A DNA stretch of 64,000 bases from an uncultured Methanotrichaceae archaeon (GCA_964633785.1 CAZWHG010000005.1:4440-68439), one strand, 5' to 3'. Shown: positions 1 through 8,902, numbered from the stretch's first letter. The notes: generated by a model from the letters alone, not told the origin. Translations and numbers: made by a program.

Positions 1-2720
1 GTTACAGGACGGGAGGGAATTTCAGTTTCAAGCTGGTATACAACAATCTCAAGGTCGACCCCTTGACCTATGGACCCTACAATATTTCCCTTCAGCCCTA
101 TAATCCCTCTCTGGAAAAAGTTGCCATTTCCAAGCTGCTGGATTATACCAACTTCACTATTCAGGCTTATGTCAAGGATGCCGGCGCCAGGATAATAGGA
201 GGCACCCCGGATGGCAGCATGGCCAGCCTGATAATCAGCCACCCCAAAAAAGGTGTGATGACTTATGACTCATCTGAGCCAAAGATACAGGGCAGTATTC
301 TGGTATATGAGTGGACTAATGAAAACATCCCGCCACTCTTCAACCGCAGCGATGTGCAACTCAGCAAAGCTGCGCCCTTCCAGGCCAAATTGGTGTACAA
401 GAACGAAAACTGGAACTATCAGGCTGAGAAGTCCAATATCACCTTCAAAGTCGTGGAAGAAATACCCAAACTGGACCTGCAATATCCCTCAACCATCTAT
501 GTTAGGGAAGGCGAGAGCACCACCCAGGATATAATTGCCACAATTACCTTCTCCAAGGGTCTGGGAGATATGAATCTCCATTTGTCAGGCCCGGATCAGG
601 ACCTGAACGTGACGGAAAAGGGAATGCCAGTGGGTGGTAACAGGTATCAGTACAAGTGGCAGGTTACATTCGACGACCGCCATATCAATAACAACTACAC
701 ACTGGCATTGTCCTTTGTCCACCCTGCGCTCGAAGGCGGAAGGTATGCCTTAGAGAACAAAACCATCAAAGTAGCACCTCTTTCCGTGCAGTTTTCCCAG
801 GGACTTGTATCCCCAACCAGGGGTCTATGGAACGAAAGCTACACATATTCCCTGAAGATAGATACTACCATCGTGCCTCTTGAAGTCAGGCTGCAGACCT
901 ATGATCCTTGTAGCAGCGAATGGACGGATAAGGGGACACAGAAAGCTACGGCACAATCGTCATTGTTAAATTGGACCCTCTCGCCTTTTGGCTATGAATG
1001 CAAAGAGATGCAACAGCAGGGAGCTAAATTCCGTTTCAAGGCCAGCTTTTCCGGAATGGATTACATCTCAAAGCCCTATCAGGGCCCGGCCTTCGAAGGC
1101 GCCAGGCCGGTTCTCATCTCCCTGGACAGCGATCCCGTGGTCTACGTCTCCGAGGGCAGTGAATCTTCCAGCAGCATAGCGGCTGTGGTGGAATACGGGG
1201 CAGGCCAGGGCCAGGCCGTCCTCCGGATGGCGGAAAAGAATATCGAGGAGACGAGCCAGGGAATAGCCTTAGGCGGCAATCAATATCGTTATGACTGGAG
1301 CTTGCCCTTCGAAGAGACAGATATAGGCAAGAGTTTCAATTATACTATCAGCTACAAGCATCCGAGCATTGTAGCAGAGCTGCCTCTGGCCGAGAAATCG
1401 ATTGCCGTTAAAGCGATATCAATCAACTTTGGCGATGCAACAGTAGCACCGGCAAAAGGCAAATGGAATGAAACCTATGCCTACTCCGTGGCTGCAAGCA
1501 GCAGCGTTGATATGAAGGTGGCACTTGAGGTCTACAATCCCTGCAGCAAGGAGTGGGTGGAGCGAGCTTCCGGCACGTCTTCGGCAGGCGAGAGCCTTGT
1601 CAATCTCACTGCCCAGCCCTTCAGATACAAATGCGCCGAAGCGGAAGGGAAAAATGCCAGCTATCGCTTTGTCGCCCGCTTCGGAGGAGAGATTTTTAAA
1701 TCAGATGTTTATTCTGGACCGTTCATCAGCGGAGTCAAAGCAGAAGAAGCTGCATCGAAATCCAATGGAATTGCGACGCCAATCGTACTGGAGCCCACAC
1801 TCAATCTGAGATTTGATCCAATAGTGTTTATCCCACCGGTACCTAACGGAAAGGCGTTACAGCACTTCAACGCGACTGTCATATTCCCGGATACAAACGG
1901 TACGCTGATGCTTAATGTATCAGGGAAAAATATGCAATTCCACGAGACTCTTCAGCCGGCGAGTATCAATGGAAATAAAACCATATTCAAAAAAGATGTG
2001 CAATTTAATAGTACTCACGCAGGAAAGATGTACGAAATATCCGTCCTTTACGAAAATCCCCGTCTACCCGGTGGAAAGTACAGGTTTACAGATGATTATA
2101 TGCGGATCATGCAAGAAAATGCTTCAAGCATTAAGCCAAAATTGAATCTGGATGTAATGGGCAATGTTAGCCCGAGAAGAGGAGTGCTGCAAGGCTGGCT
2201 GGAGGCGGATAGTCTTTATGCTTTCACCTACACAGCCCATTTCGATAATCTGAGCATAGAGGAGAAGCCCTGGGTAGAGCTTTCCGTCAAGGCCCCCGGT
2301 AGAGCCTGGAAACTTGTAGGCGAAAAAATGCAGTACGATCCGGCCCAAAGCAATTTGAGTTGGACCGTCAAGCCATTCTACGATACGCAGTTCCTGGGAA
2401 CCGCACAGTTCAAGTTCCTTATCGATGGGACGGAGAGCCAAATATTTGAGGGACCCGAGATTGTGGCGATCTATAAGGATTTAAATTTCCAGGATTCGAC
2501 GAGCAAAGGTAAGTACAACTATTTCGGCAAGATCAACGGGTCCATCAACCTTACCGTAGACCTATTGGGTTCAGAAGATGCCGTAAACTGGAATAATATC
2601 GGCAGACCTCAGAAATATCGAGCAGGAAGCGGCGAGGTGCCCATCTCGTGGAAAGATCAGCCTGTTCTGAGATACTATGAGTTTGAATTTAAGACAGATA
2701 CTGGTGAGGTGATAGGCTGA
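1..2720 (+). CDS. Large secreted/surface repeat protein, 5'-truncated by the window edge. The track start TTG 63 is probably internal.
   Basis: The frame is open from nt 3 with no stop until TGA 2718-2720. It contains three tandem two-domain modules, e.g. 'GGNRYQYKWQVTF..YDPCSSEW..FGYECKE' and 'GGNQYRYDWSLPF..YNPCSKEW..FRYKCAE'. N-x-S/T sequons are numerous. No TM segment is present in the visible part. Confidence 0.8.
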   Translation, partial: YRTGGNFSFKLVYNNLKVDPLTYGPYNISLQPYNPSLEKVAISKLLDYTNFTIQAYVKDAGARIIGGTPDGSMASLIISHPKKGVMTYDSSEPKIQGSILVYEWTNENIPPLFNRSDVQLSKAAPFQAKLVYKNENWNYQAEKSNITFKVVEEIPKLDLQYPSTIYVREGESTTQDIIATITFSKGLGDMNLHLSGPDQDLNVTEKGMPVGGNRYQYKWQVTFDDRHINNNYTLALSFVHPALEGGRYALENKTIKVAPLSVQFSQGLVSPTRGLWNESYTYSLKIDTTIVPLEVRLQTYDPCSSEWTDKGTQKATAQSSLLNWTLSPFGYECKEMQQQGAKFRFKASFSGMDYISKPYQGPAFEGARPVLISLDSDPVVYVSEGSESSSSIAAVVEYGAGQGQAVLRMAEKNIEETSQGIALGGNQYRYDWSLPFEETDIGKSFNYTISYKHPSIVAELPLAEKSIAVKAISINFGDATVAPAKGKWNETYAYSVAASSSVDMKVALEVYNPCSKEWVERASGTSSAGESLVNLTAQPFRYKCAEAEGKNASYRFVARFGGEIFKSDVYSGPFISGVKAEEAASKSNGIATPIVLEPTLNLRFDPIVFIPPVPNGKALQHFNATVIFPDTNGTLMLNVSGKNMQFHETLQPASINGNKTIFKKDVQFNSTHAGKMYEISVLYENPRLPGGKYRFTDDYMRIMQENASSIKPKLNLDVMGNVSPRRGVLQGWLEADSLYAFTYTAHFDNLSIEEKPWVELSVKAPGRAWKLVGEKMQYDPAQSNLSWTVKPFYDTQFLGTAQFKFLIDGTESQIFEGPEIVAIYKDLNFQDSTSKGKYNYFGKINGSINLTVDLLGSEDAVNWNNIGRPQKYRAGSGEVPISWKDQPVLRYYEFEFKTDTGEVIG
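456..2465 (+). repeat. Three tandem protein-level modules of about 210-230 aa inside the surface protein
   Basis: Alignment by eye of aa ~132-346, ~347-556 and ~575-800 of the track ORF. Blocks recur in the same order: 'G(G)N.Y.Y.W', then a beta-rich segment, then 'Y(D/N)PCS.EW ... PF.Y.C.E ... (F/Y)RF'. Confidence 0.6.
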
Positions 2721-4162
2721 TGAGCCAAAAGGCAATTTGCTTGCTATTCATTGTAGCTTTGCTGCTAAGCATAATTCCAGTAATAGCCCCGGCAGGACCG
2801 CAGCCGGCAAGTACACCATCAGTGTCTTCAGGCGGCGGAGGTGGCGGCGGCAGCAGGCAGATAACAATTGACGACCTTATCAAGATCGTGAACAAGGCCA
2901 AGGATGATAAGAGCAATATCAAGAAGTACGAGCAATTTCGAGATCTGCTTTACAAAGAGCCAAGTTCCGGGGGCGACAATATCCAGCCTATCGTCTATAT
3001 GTATTTTGATGGGAACAGAACCAATATTACGAGAACCCAGCCCATAAAAATAATGAGCTACATTAAGGATACAAATCCCCAGGATTCCATGAGACGGGTT
3101 CTCTGGCTATACCTCCAGGAGAAGAAACCGGGAGAGAAATCCTACGAGCAGATCAGTAATTATCCCCAGATCATCGGACAGACCGATTACAATTTGCATA
3201 ACGATAAGGGAAACTACAACTATACCACAGTCGTCTGGCCGGAGATTGTGGACTTCAGGGACTTGAAAGCTGTTGGAGAAGTTAGATTCATGGTTAATGC
3301 ATCCGATGGACGGAATAAATGGACCACTAAGGAAGAAGGAATCGTGGATAGTAAGCCATTCTTCTCGGAATTGGTATTGAATATCATAAACACTCCACCC
3401 ACCCTTGAAAATGTCAGCCTGATTACTCTGAACTCTCAGCCAAGGTTCAAAGAGCCTATAAAGTATATTGCCCGTGTCATCGATAATGAGAGCGATCCCG
3501 TCACTGTGACACTTCATATTCAGGATCTGAACCACACTGAGAAGATCAATGCGACTCAAAGCGCTAAAGCCGGAGAGGATATCGTATTCGTGGCGGGAGA
3601 TTACGGATTCTTCTCGAAGGACGATTCCAGCAAGAACTTCACTTACTATTACACAGTCAGCGATGGAATCAATACTACTAATACCAGCTATTTCGATGGA
3701 CCGAATTTAAGGAAGAGCGTAACGCTAAATGTTGATGATCCCAAACTAAGCAGTGAAAAGAGCCAATACTGGTGGCAGGATTACAACTTCAGCATAGCCA
3801 TGAGTAGCCAGGAAGCTGGAACTGCAAAGGTGCGTGTATCTTTGGAGACATATACCCCGTCTCATCAATGGAAGCCTGTAGCATCCAATGACTGGGATAT
3901 TTCCAGCGAGGGAACGACTGTATGGTATAACGTCAGGCCTTTCCTGGTGGAGGATGCGAATCAGTCATTCAGATACAGATTCGTATATGATGAGGTCGAC
4001 CAGCATAGCAGCAACAGCAGAGAGGGCATTGGAGAAGGAAGAATCAATGCAAAACTTGTCCAATACAACCTGTTCTCAATTCCGGCGCTGTTGAACTGGC
4101 TGGCATTGCTTTGCATTGCTATGGTTGGCGCAATATTGATTGAAAGGAGGTTCTACAGATGA
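2720..4162 (+). CDS. Type-I membrane-anchored surface protein related to the upstream repeat protein
   Basis: It overlaps the upstream stop in a TGATG junction. It has an N-terminal hydrophobic signal 'ICLLFIVALLLSIIPVIAPAG', a Gly7 tract, many sequons and a C-terminal TM 'ALLNWLALLCIAMVGAILI' with short tail 'ERRFYR'. The segment 'VRVSLETYTPSHQW..WYNVRPF..FRYRF' resembles the module of ORF 1..2720. Confidence 0.85.
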   Translation: MSQKAICLLFIVALLLSIIPVIAPAGPQPASTPSVSSGGGGGGGSRQITIDDLIKIVNKAKDDKSNIKKYEQFRDLLYKEPSSGGDNIQPIVYMYFDGNRTNITRTQPIKIMSYIKDTNPQDSMRRVLWLYLQEKKPGEKSYEQISNYPQIIGQTDYNLHNDKGNYNYTTVVWPEIVDFRDLKAVGEVRFMVNASDGRNKWTTKEEGIVDSKPFFSELVLNIINTPPTLENVSLITLNSQPRFKEPIKYIARVIDNESDPVTVTLHIQDLNHTEKINATQSAKAGEDIVFVAGDYGFFSKDDSSKNFTYYYTVSDGINTTNTSYFDGPNLRKSVTLNVDDPKLSSEKSQYWWQDYNFSIAMSSQEAGTAKVRVSLETYTPSHQWKPVASNDWDISSEGTTVWYNVRPFLVEDANQSFRYRFVYDEVDQHSSNSREGIGEGRINAKLVQYNLFSIPALLNWLALLCIAMVGAILIERRFYR

Positions 4163-4740
4163 GCATGGGAATCTTTCCTCTCGTAGCGATTCTGGCGATT
4201 ATGGCCGGGGTATTGGTATTCCATAGTATGTACATAAATAAAATTTATGGAAAGGTAAAGGAGACCAGTGACAGCGGCTTCAAGAAGGAGGAGCTATTGA
4301 CATACCTGGAACTTCCACAAGGTTCCAACTTCAACACATTTATGATCGCCTCCTGGATGCTCTTCTTTGTGGCACTGGCCTTCCTTTTTTTCCAGACGCC
4401 CGGAACGTCTCCTTGGTACTACTTCCAGGTAATTCAGATAGCCTCCAGTGAATTCGGCCTAATCGTCTTCGGTCTTGCGGTTATGGTTATTACGGCCCTG
4501 GCTGCCTTTAGCATCCCCAGAGTTTACCGCTATTACATCATATCAAGAAGCATCAAGTCACTGATGGTCTATTTTGCACTTCCGCTTCTAATGATATCCA
4601 TAGCGGTATCGATATACCTTGGGACGATTTATCCACAGGCCGACGATTTTTTCTGGTCCCTGGGATATGTCACACTTGTAGCATCTTTGATCCTATTGAT
4701 CATGCCCATAGTTAGCAGCCTTAAAGAGGTGGCAAAATGA
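4159..4740 (+). CDS. Small polytopic membrane protein with about 5 TM segments
   Basis: ATGA overlaps at both ends (4159-4162 and 4737-4740). Five hydrophobic stretches lie at about aa 5-22, 60-80, 98-120, 133-155 and 165-187. I recognise no family motif. Confidence 0.85.
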   Translation: MSMGIFPLVAILAIMAGVLVFHSMYINKIYGKVKETSDSGFKKEELLTYLELPQGSNFNTFMIASWMLFFVALAFLFFQTPGTSPWYYFQVIQIASSEFGLIVFGLAVMVITALAAFSIPRVYRYYIISRSIKSLMVYFALPLLMISIAVSIYLGTIYPQADDFFWSLGYVTLVASLILLIMPIVSSLKEVAK

Positions 4741-6524
4741 AACCAATGGTAGTCGGAATAGGAGGAGCTGGCGGCAATATATTGAAAAAATTCCTAGAAA
4801 CTCAGGACGTGCGACTTCCGATATGCCTTGGAGAGCACCTGGCTTTTGGAAATGCAAAGGGAATATGGCTTGACTCGGCAACTCAGGATACCCAGGACCA
4901 GAAATATTTTGGAAGCCTTGAGGAAGGAAAGTATCCAGGATATCTGATATGCCACGGAATGATATCTGCTGATTCCTCCTTTAAAAAATGGATAAAGGAT
5001 ATTTATGGTCTTGACCTTAAAGCACAGGGTTACGACAGGCGCGCTGAGTATTTGAAGGCCATTTTTGAGGTCTTTGATATCGATAAAGTCAGGGAAATGG
5101 CAAGAAAGGAGTTCAATAATGAGGACAATCCGCTTCCAGGGTATATGTGGAAGAACGGCATCAGACCATTCACGGTTTTGCGTCCGAAGGCAGGAGCCGG
5201 CTCAAACATAGGGAAGGCCCCCGTATCCGTCGCAGATACGCCGGACAATAAATCTAAATTTGCAGCTCTGCAAAAATTTGGCTCTTCACTGGGATCGATC
5301 GGCGCCCTGATGAATAAAGATAATGATGCCTCTTGTAGTCCGGAAATGCAAAATAGGCTCTGCGACAGCATTCTCTTTCTGGCGTCACTTGGTGGTGGAA
5401 CGGGAACGGGCTTCATCAATCCCATAACCAGCTATGTCAGACGGGAAGAAAAAGCCTTTCCATTCTTCGCGCTGGGAATATTAACTGAGAAAGGAGACGA
5501 TGCAAGACAGGCCAAGGAAGGTCAGAGAAACCTAGGAGCAGCTATTGCCATGTACGATTTACTCACAAAACCCGCAGGCGATGGATTGGATGCTCTGATA
5601 GTAATAGATAACGCGGTCTTGGAAAGAAAATATGGGAGGAGTAACTTCGAGGCCAATGATAACGCCATTTACACCTCTATGAAACCAATGTTCGATCTTC
5701 GAAACTATCCCGGTACAAAGCTTCAAGATGACGCCCCGGCGATAAAGAGGGTGTTCTGGGATGCGGATGAGGATGATAGAGTTGAAGATGAGAACGGTAA
5801 GGTTAACCTTCTGCCGCCAATTCTTGTTCCCTGCTATTATTCGTGCGCTGAGTCTAACGGCGGCGAAAAGTCTATGGTAGAGCATGCTTTGAGCGAGGAA
5901 TGTCGGCTGTTCCCGTGCACTCCATCAAAGGCCGATAGGGCTTATGTCTTCACCAGAGGTTATGTCAACGCCGAAAAGATTAAGATCACCATAAAGGATT
6001 TGACGGGAATTACAGAAGATCATATAAATGTTTATAGGAAGCTAGGCAACGGATTTGGAGAGGATATTTTGATCCTACTGCGAAATCCCTATGGCGGCAA
6101 AGCCGGAGAGCAAAACAAAAAGGAGAACGGGAACGATCTGACATTTGAGTCGCGCGTCTACGACCTCATAGAATCTGCCGTAAATTATATAGATACAGAT
6201 GAAACAAATATCCTCAACTATCTAGGCTACTCGGATCTAACCAAGAAATATCTGAGAAACTACTTTTATGGCAGCGGCGGCCTGCGGGAGGAGCTTAATA
6301 AGGCTCTCCAGAGGATTGCAGACGGCAAAAAGCCCATATTCACCAAACAGCTCAAGATATTCTCGGAAGCTCGATCCGGCTCACAATCAATCCTCCACGA
6401 TCCTACAACGCAAGAATCCAAACCGATGGACAGGAAGGAAATTGAGGAGATGCTTCAGAAAATGCTGCAAGAAATGCTGACACGGCCTGAGTTCAGAGAG
6501 AAGATCGCAAGGGGCGAAAGTTAG
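4737..6524 (+). CDS. Divergent tubulin/FtsZ-superfamily GTPase, 595 aa
   Basis: The N-terminal strand and glycine loop 'MVVGIGGAGGNILKKFLE' resemble the FtsZ/CetZ G1 region. The tubulin signature [SAG]GGTG[SAT]G is present as 'GGGTGTG' at aa 219-225. 'VIDNAVL' at aa 289-295 sits at the spacing expected for the FtsZ 'PND'/tubulin 'DNEA' position. The protein is soluble and has a charged C-terminal tail. Confidence 0.85.
   Translation: MKPMVVGIGGAGGNILKKFLETQDVRLPICLGEHLAFGNAKGIWLDSATQDTQDQKYFGSLEEGKYPGYLICHGMISADSSFKKWIKDIYGLDLKAQGYDRRAEYLKAIFEVFDIDKVREMARKEFNNEDNPLPGYMWKNGIRPFTVLRPKAGAGSNIGKAPVSVADTPDNKSKFAALQKFGSSLGSIGALMNKDNDASCSPEMQNRLCDSILFLASLGGGTGTGFINPITSYVRREEKAFPFFALGILTEKGDDARQAKEGQRNLGAAIAMYDLLTKPAGDGLDALIVIDNAVLERKYGRSNFEANDNAIYTSMKPMFDLRNYPGTKLQDDAPAIKRVFWDADEDDRVEDENGKVNLLPPILVPCYYSCAESNGGEKSMVEHALSEECRLFPCTPSKADRAYVFTRGYVNAEKIKITIKDLTGITEDHINVYRKLGNGFGEDILILLRNPYGGKAGEQNKKENGNDLTFESRVYDLIESAVNYIDTDETNILNYLGYSDLTKKYLRNYFYGSGGLREELNKALQRIADGKKPIFTKQLKIFSEARSGSQSILHDPTTQESKPMDRKEIEEMLQKMLQEMLTRPEFREKIARGES
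4755..4778 (+). other. G1/T1-like glycine loop 'GIGGAGGN'
   Basis: Direct translation of aa 7-14 of ORF 4737..6524. Compare FtsZ 'GVGGGGxN' and CetZ 'GxGQAGG'. Confidence 0.6.
5391..5411 (+). other. Tubulin/FtsZ signature (T4 loop) 'GGGTGTG'
   Basis: ggt ggt gga acg gga acg ggc is in frame (5391-4737 = 654 = 218 codons). It is an exact match to the PROSITE-type tubulin/FtsZ signature. Confidence 0.75.
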
Positions 6525-6805
6525 GTTTCCTGCCTTAATATTTGACTTTCGGATCTATTCAACGCCATGTAACCGAGACCAATTCGCCCAAAAGCAATAA
6601 ATATTATCATACCATTTCGTCCTCTGTTAATGTTTCTATGCGGTGGATGCAATTAGACCGGAAGCCTAGCGCAATTTTTCCGTGTCTTAGCGCTCTTCGA
6701 TCAAACCGGATTCCAAGGTCCTTAATGAATTATCAGACTAGTTAAAGACAAGCTCTAAATATTTAGTCGATAAGAAGAGCAGACGATATTTCGGGGGTTT
6801 AAATC

Positions 6806-7387
6806 ATGCAAAGTGAGTTCAAGAATTTCCCATTATTGGTGTTGATGGCAGTGGCGGCCTTTTCGATTGCCGGATTCGTCACAGCAGACACTGCCCATTC
6901 TCAGGATTGGAATAGCTACAGTCCTGCGCATGCCGTAGGCTCAGGAGATGACGACTGGTGGACGACATATCCCGATCAGAATGAAAACTCCGGTTCGGCC
7001 GTAAAACATCCGGACTGGATAGAGAAAGCTCTCAAGGAAAAGCCGGTGCTCATCCTCATTCATAGCAGCAACTGCGTGCCCTGCCTGACCCAGACGCCGA
7101 GAATTAAAGCGGCGGCGGAGAGCTTTAGCGATGATCTCGATTACTACGATATTCTGGGGGAAGGAAGCAGCTTACCAGAGGCGATTGATATCCTGGACGT
7201 CTATAGTCCAACCGGTGGAGCCCAATATGTTCCAACGACCATCTTCATCACTCTGGCCAAAGGCCCGGATGGGAAGGTGGATGTGGCCTGGCACAGCGAA
7301 ATTGATGCCATGAGCGAGGAAAGGATCGACGCTTATGTGTTGGACGCCATCTACTACTACAAGCAGAATAGTGCCGCCTGGATCTGA
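6806..7387 (+). CDS. Secreted thioredoxin-fold protein with a CxxC motif
   Basis: It has the signal-like N-terminus 'FPLLVLMAVAAFSIAGFVTA'. 'LILIHSSNCVPCLTQ' has the strand-CxxC-helix layout typical of thioredoxin-like proteins. Confidence 0.8.
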   Translation: MQSEFKNFPLLVLMAVAAFSIAGFVTADTAHSQDWNSYSPAHAVGSGDDDWWTTYPDQNENSGSAVKHPDWIEKALKEKPVLILIHSSNCVPCLTQTPRIKAAAESFSDDLDYYDILGEGSSLPEAIDILDVYSPTGGAQYVPTTIFITLAKGPDGKVDVAWHSEIDAMSEERIDAYVLDAIYYYKQNSAAWI

Positions 7388-7389
7388 GA

Positions 7390-8796
7390 GTGATACTAAT
7401 AATCGCCAAAACTAGCAAAAAAAAGCTGCATTCGGCAGCTTTTATCCTACTTTTCGCCCTGGCCTGCCAGGCCCTCTTTTTCAGCCAGGCCTTGGCCGCC
7501 GATGCCATAAAGGCCCCGCAGTTCACTGCCATTGGAGTGGACGGCAAGAACTTCTCTCTCTCCGACTTTGCCGGCTCGCCCCTCATCCTGCATATCACCA
7601 ACATTGAGATTCCGCTGTGTGTGGAATGCGAAGAGTCCCTGAAAGGACAGGTAGAGGAGCTGGCAAAACTCAAGGCCGCGCATCCAGGTGTCCAGATAGC
7701 CACAATAAACATGAGGAAGAATTCCTACTCGCGTGATGGAAGGTCCCTGGCGGAAAAGTGGTGGAAGGTCAATATCACCTGGCCCTGGGCGGAAGATATT
7801 GAGCCTTACACTATCGCCAGCAAGTATCTGGACTACTGGAATGTGCGGGGCGGCTCCTCCAACCCCACACTCCTTCTCATAGACAAAGAGGGCAAGATCG
7901 CCGCAGTCTATCACGTCTACCGGGTAGGCGAGGGCGTGCAAGACGGCGTACAAAGTGCCGAGAAGCTTTACCAAAAGCTGCAAGACGTGAACGGCGGAGC
8001 GTGGAAGGGCCTGGAGGGGGAGGTCTTCCGGCAGGATGTATCCGCATTCGGCATGTTCTTGCTGGGAATACTCACGTCGCTTGCCCCCTGCTCCATAGCT
8101 CTCATGATCGCCGTATTCTCCTATGTCATGACTATCAGGAAGAAGGATGAATACCTGAGAAAGAGCGTCTCCACCTCGAGAGAGGGTTTTATGATAGGCA
8201 TTGCTTTCACCCTTGGCATGGGCGTTGTCTTCTTTGTGCTGGGGCTGTTCATCTCTCAGGTGGGCCTGTTCATAAGAGACTCCAGGGTATTCGACCTCAT
8301 GGCGGGCATAATCATGATTCTTCTGGGCATCAGCAACCTCAAGCCCCTGGATGAGATCTTAGAGCCCGTAACATCTCGAATTCGGCCCAATCGAGGTGAA
8401 GGAGAGTACTGTGAAACTAAGAAAAGCCTGCTGCAAAGGTCGGTTGAGGCAAGCGTTGCTCTATTCAAGCACTCCTCTTTCATTGGCGCCTTCACGCTCG
8501 GTATTTTCTTTGCCTTAGGCTGGGCACCCTGTGCCCTCTCCATGGTTTTGCCGGTATTGATCTGGCTGGCCTCGCAAAACGTAACCCCCCTGGCAGGGGG
8601 CGCAATGCTCTTTATCTTCGGAATCGGGCATGGCGTGCCCATCATTCCCATCGCCACCTTCTCTCGGGCGGTGGGGGGAAGGATTGGAGAGAAATATGTC
8701 TCCATCGGGGCCTGGACCACTAAATTCTTCGGGCTGCTGGTGATAGTGGTGGGTGTGGTTTATGCAGCGAGGTATGCGGGTTTCTTGCTTTGGTAG
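7390..8796 (+). CDS. Fusion of an extracytoplasmic TlpA/redoxin-like domain with a CcdA/DsbD-type thiol-disulfide transporter
   Basis: It has a GTG start and an N-terminal signal. 'LILHITNIEIPLCVECEE' supplies the CxxC. The C-terminal six-TM region carries the two CcdA-type Cys motifs 'SLAPCSIALM' and 'GWAPCALSMVLP'. Confidence 0.85.
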   Translation: MILIIAKTSKKKLHSAAFILLFALACQALFFSQALAADAIKAPQFTAIGVDGKNFSLSDFAGSPLILHITNIEIPLCVECEESLKGQVEELAKLKAAHPGVQIATINMRKNSYSRDGRSLAEKWWKVNITWPWAEDIEPYTIASKYLDYWNVRGGSSNPTLLLIDKEGKIAAVYHVYRVGEGVQDGVQSAEKLYQKLQDVNGGAWKGLEGEVFRQDVSAFGMFLLGILTSLAPCSIALMIAVFSYVMTIRKKDEYLRKSVSTSREGFMIGIAFTLGMGVVFFVLGLFISQVGLFIRDSRVFDLMAGIIMILLGISNLKPLDEILEPVTSRIRPNRGEGEYCETKKSLLQRSVEASVALFKHSSFIGAFTLGIFFALGWAPCALSMVLPVLIWLASQNVTPLAGGAMLFIFGIGHGVPIIPIATFSRAVGGRIGEKYVSIGAWTTKFFGLLVIVVGVVYAARYAGFLLW

Positions 8797-8902
8797 AAAA
8801 GATGCCGGGAAAAATAGACAGGGCGGAAAAGCGATGGAGGTGAGCCGCCCGGAGGTCCCGGTCCTCATGCGGGCGAACTAGCGAGCGCAGACGGATTGGA
8901 CA

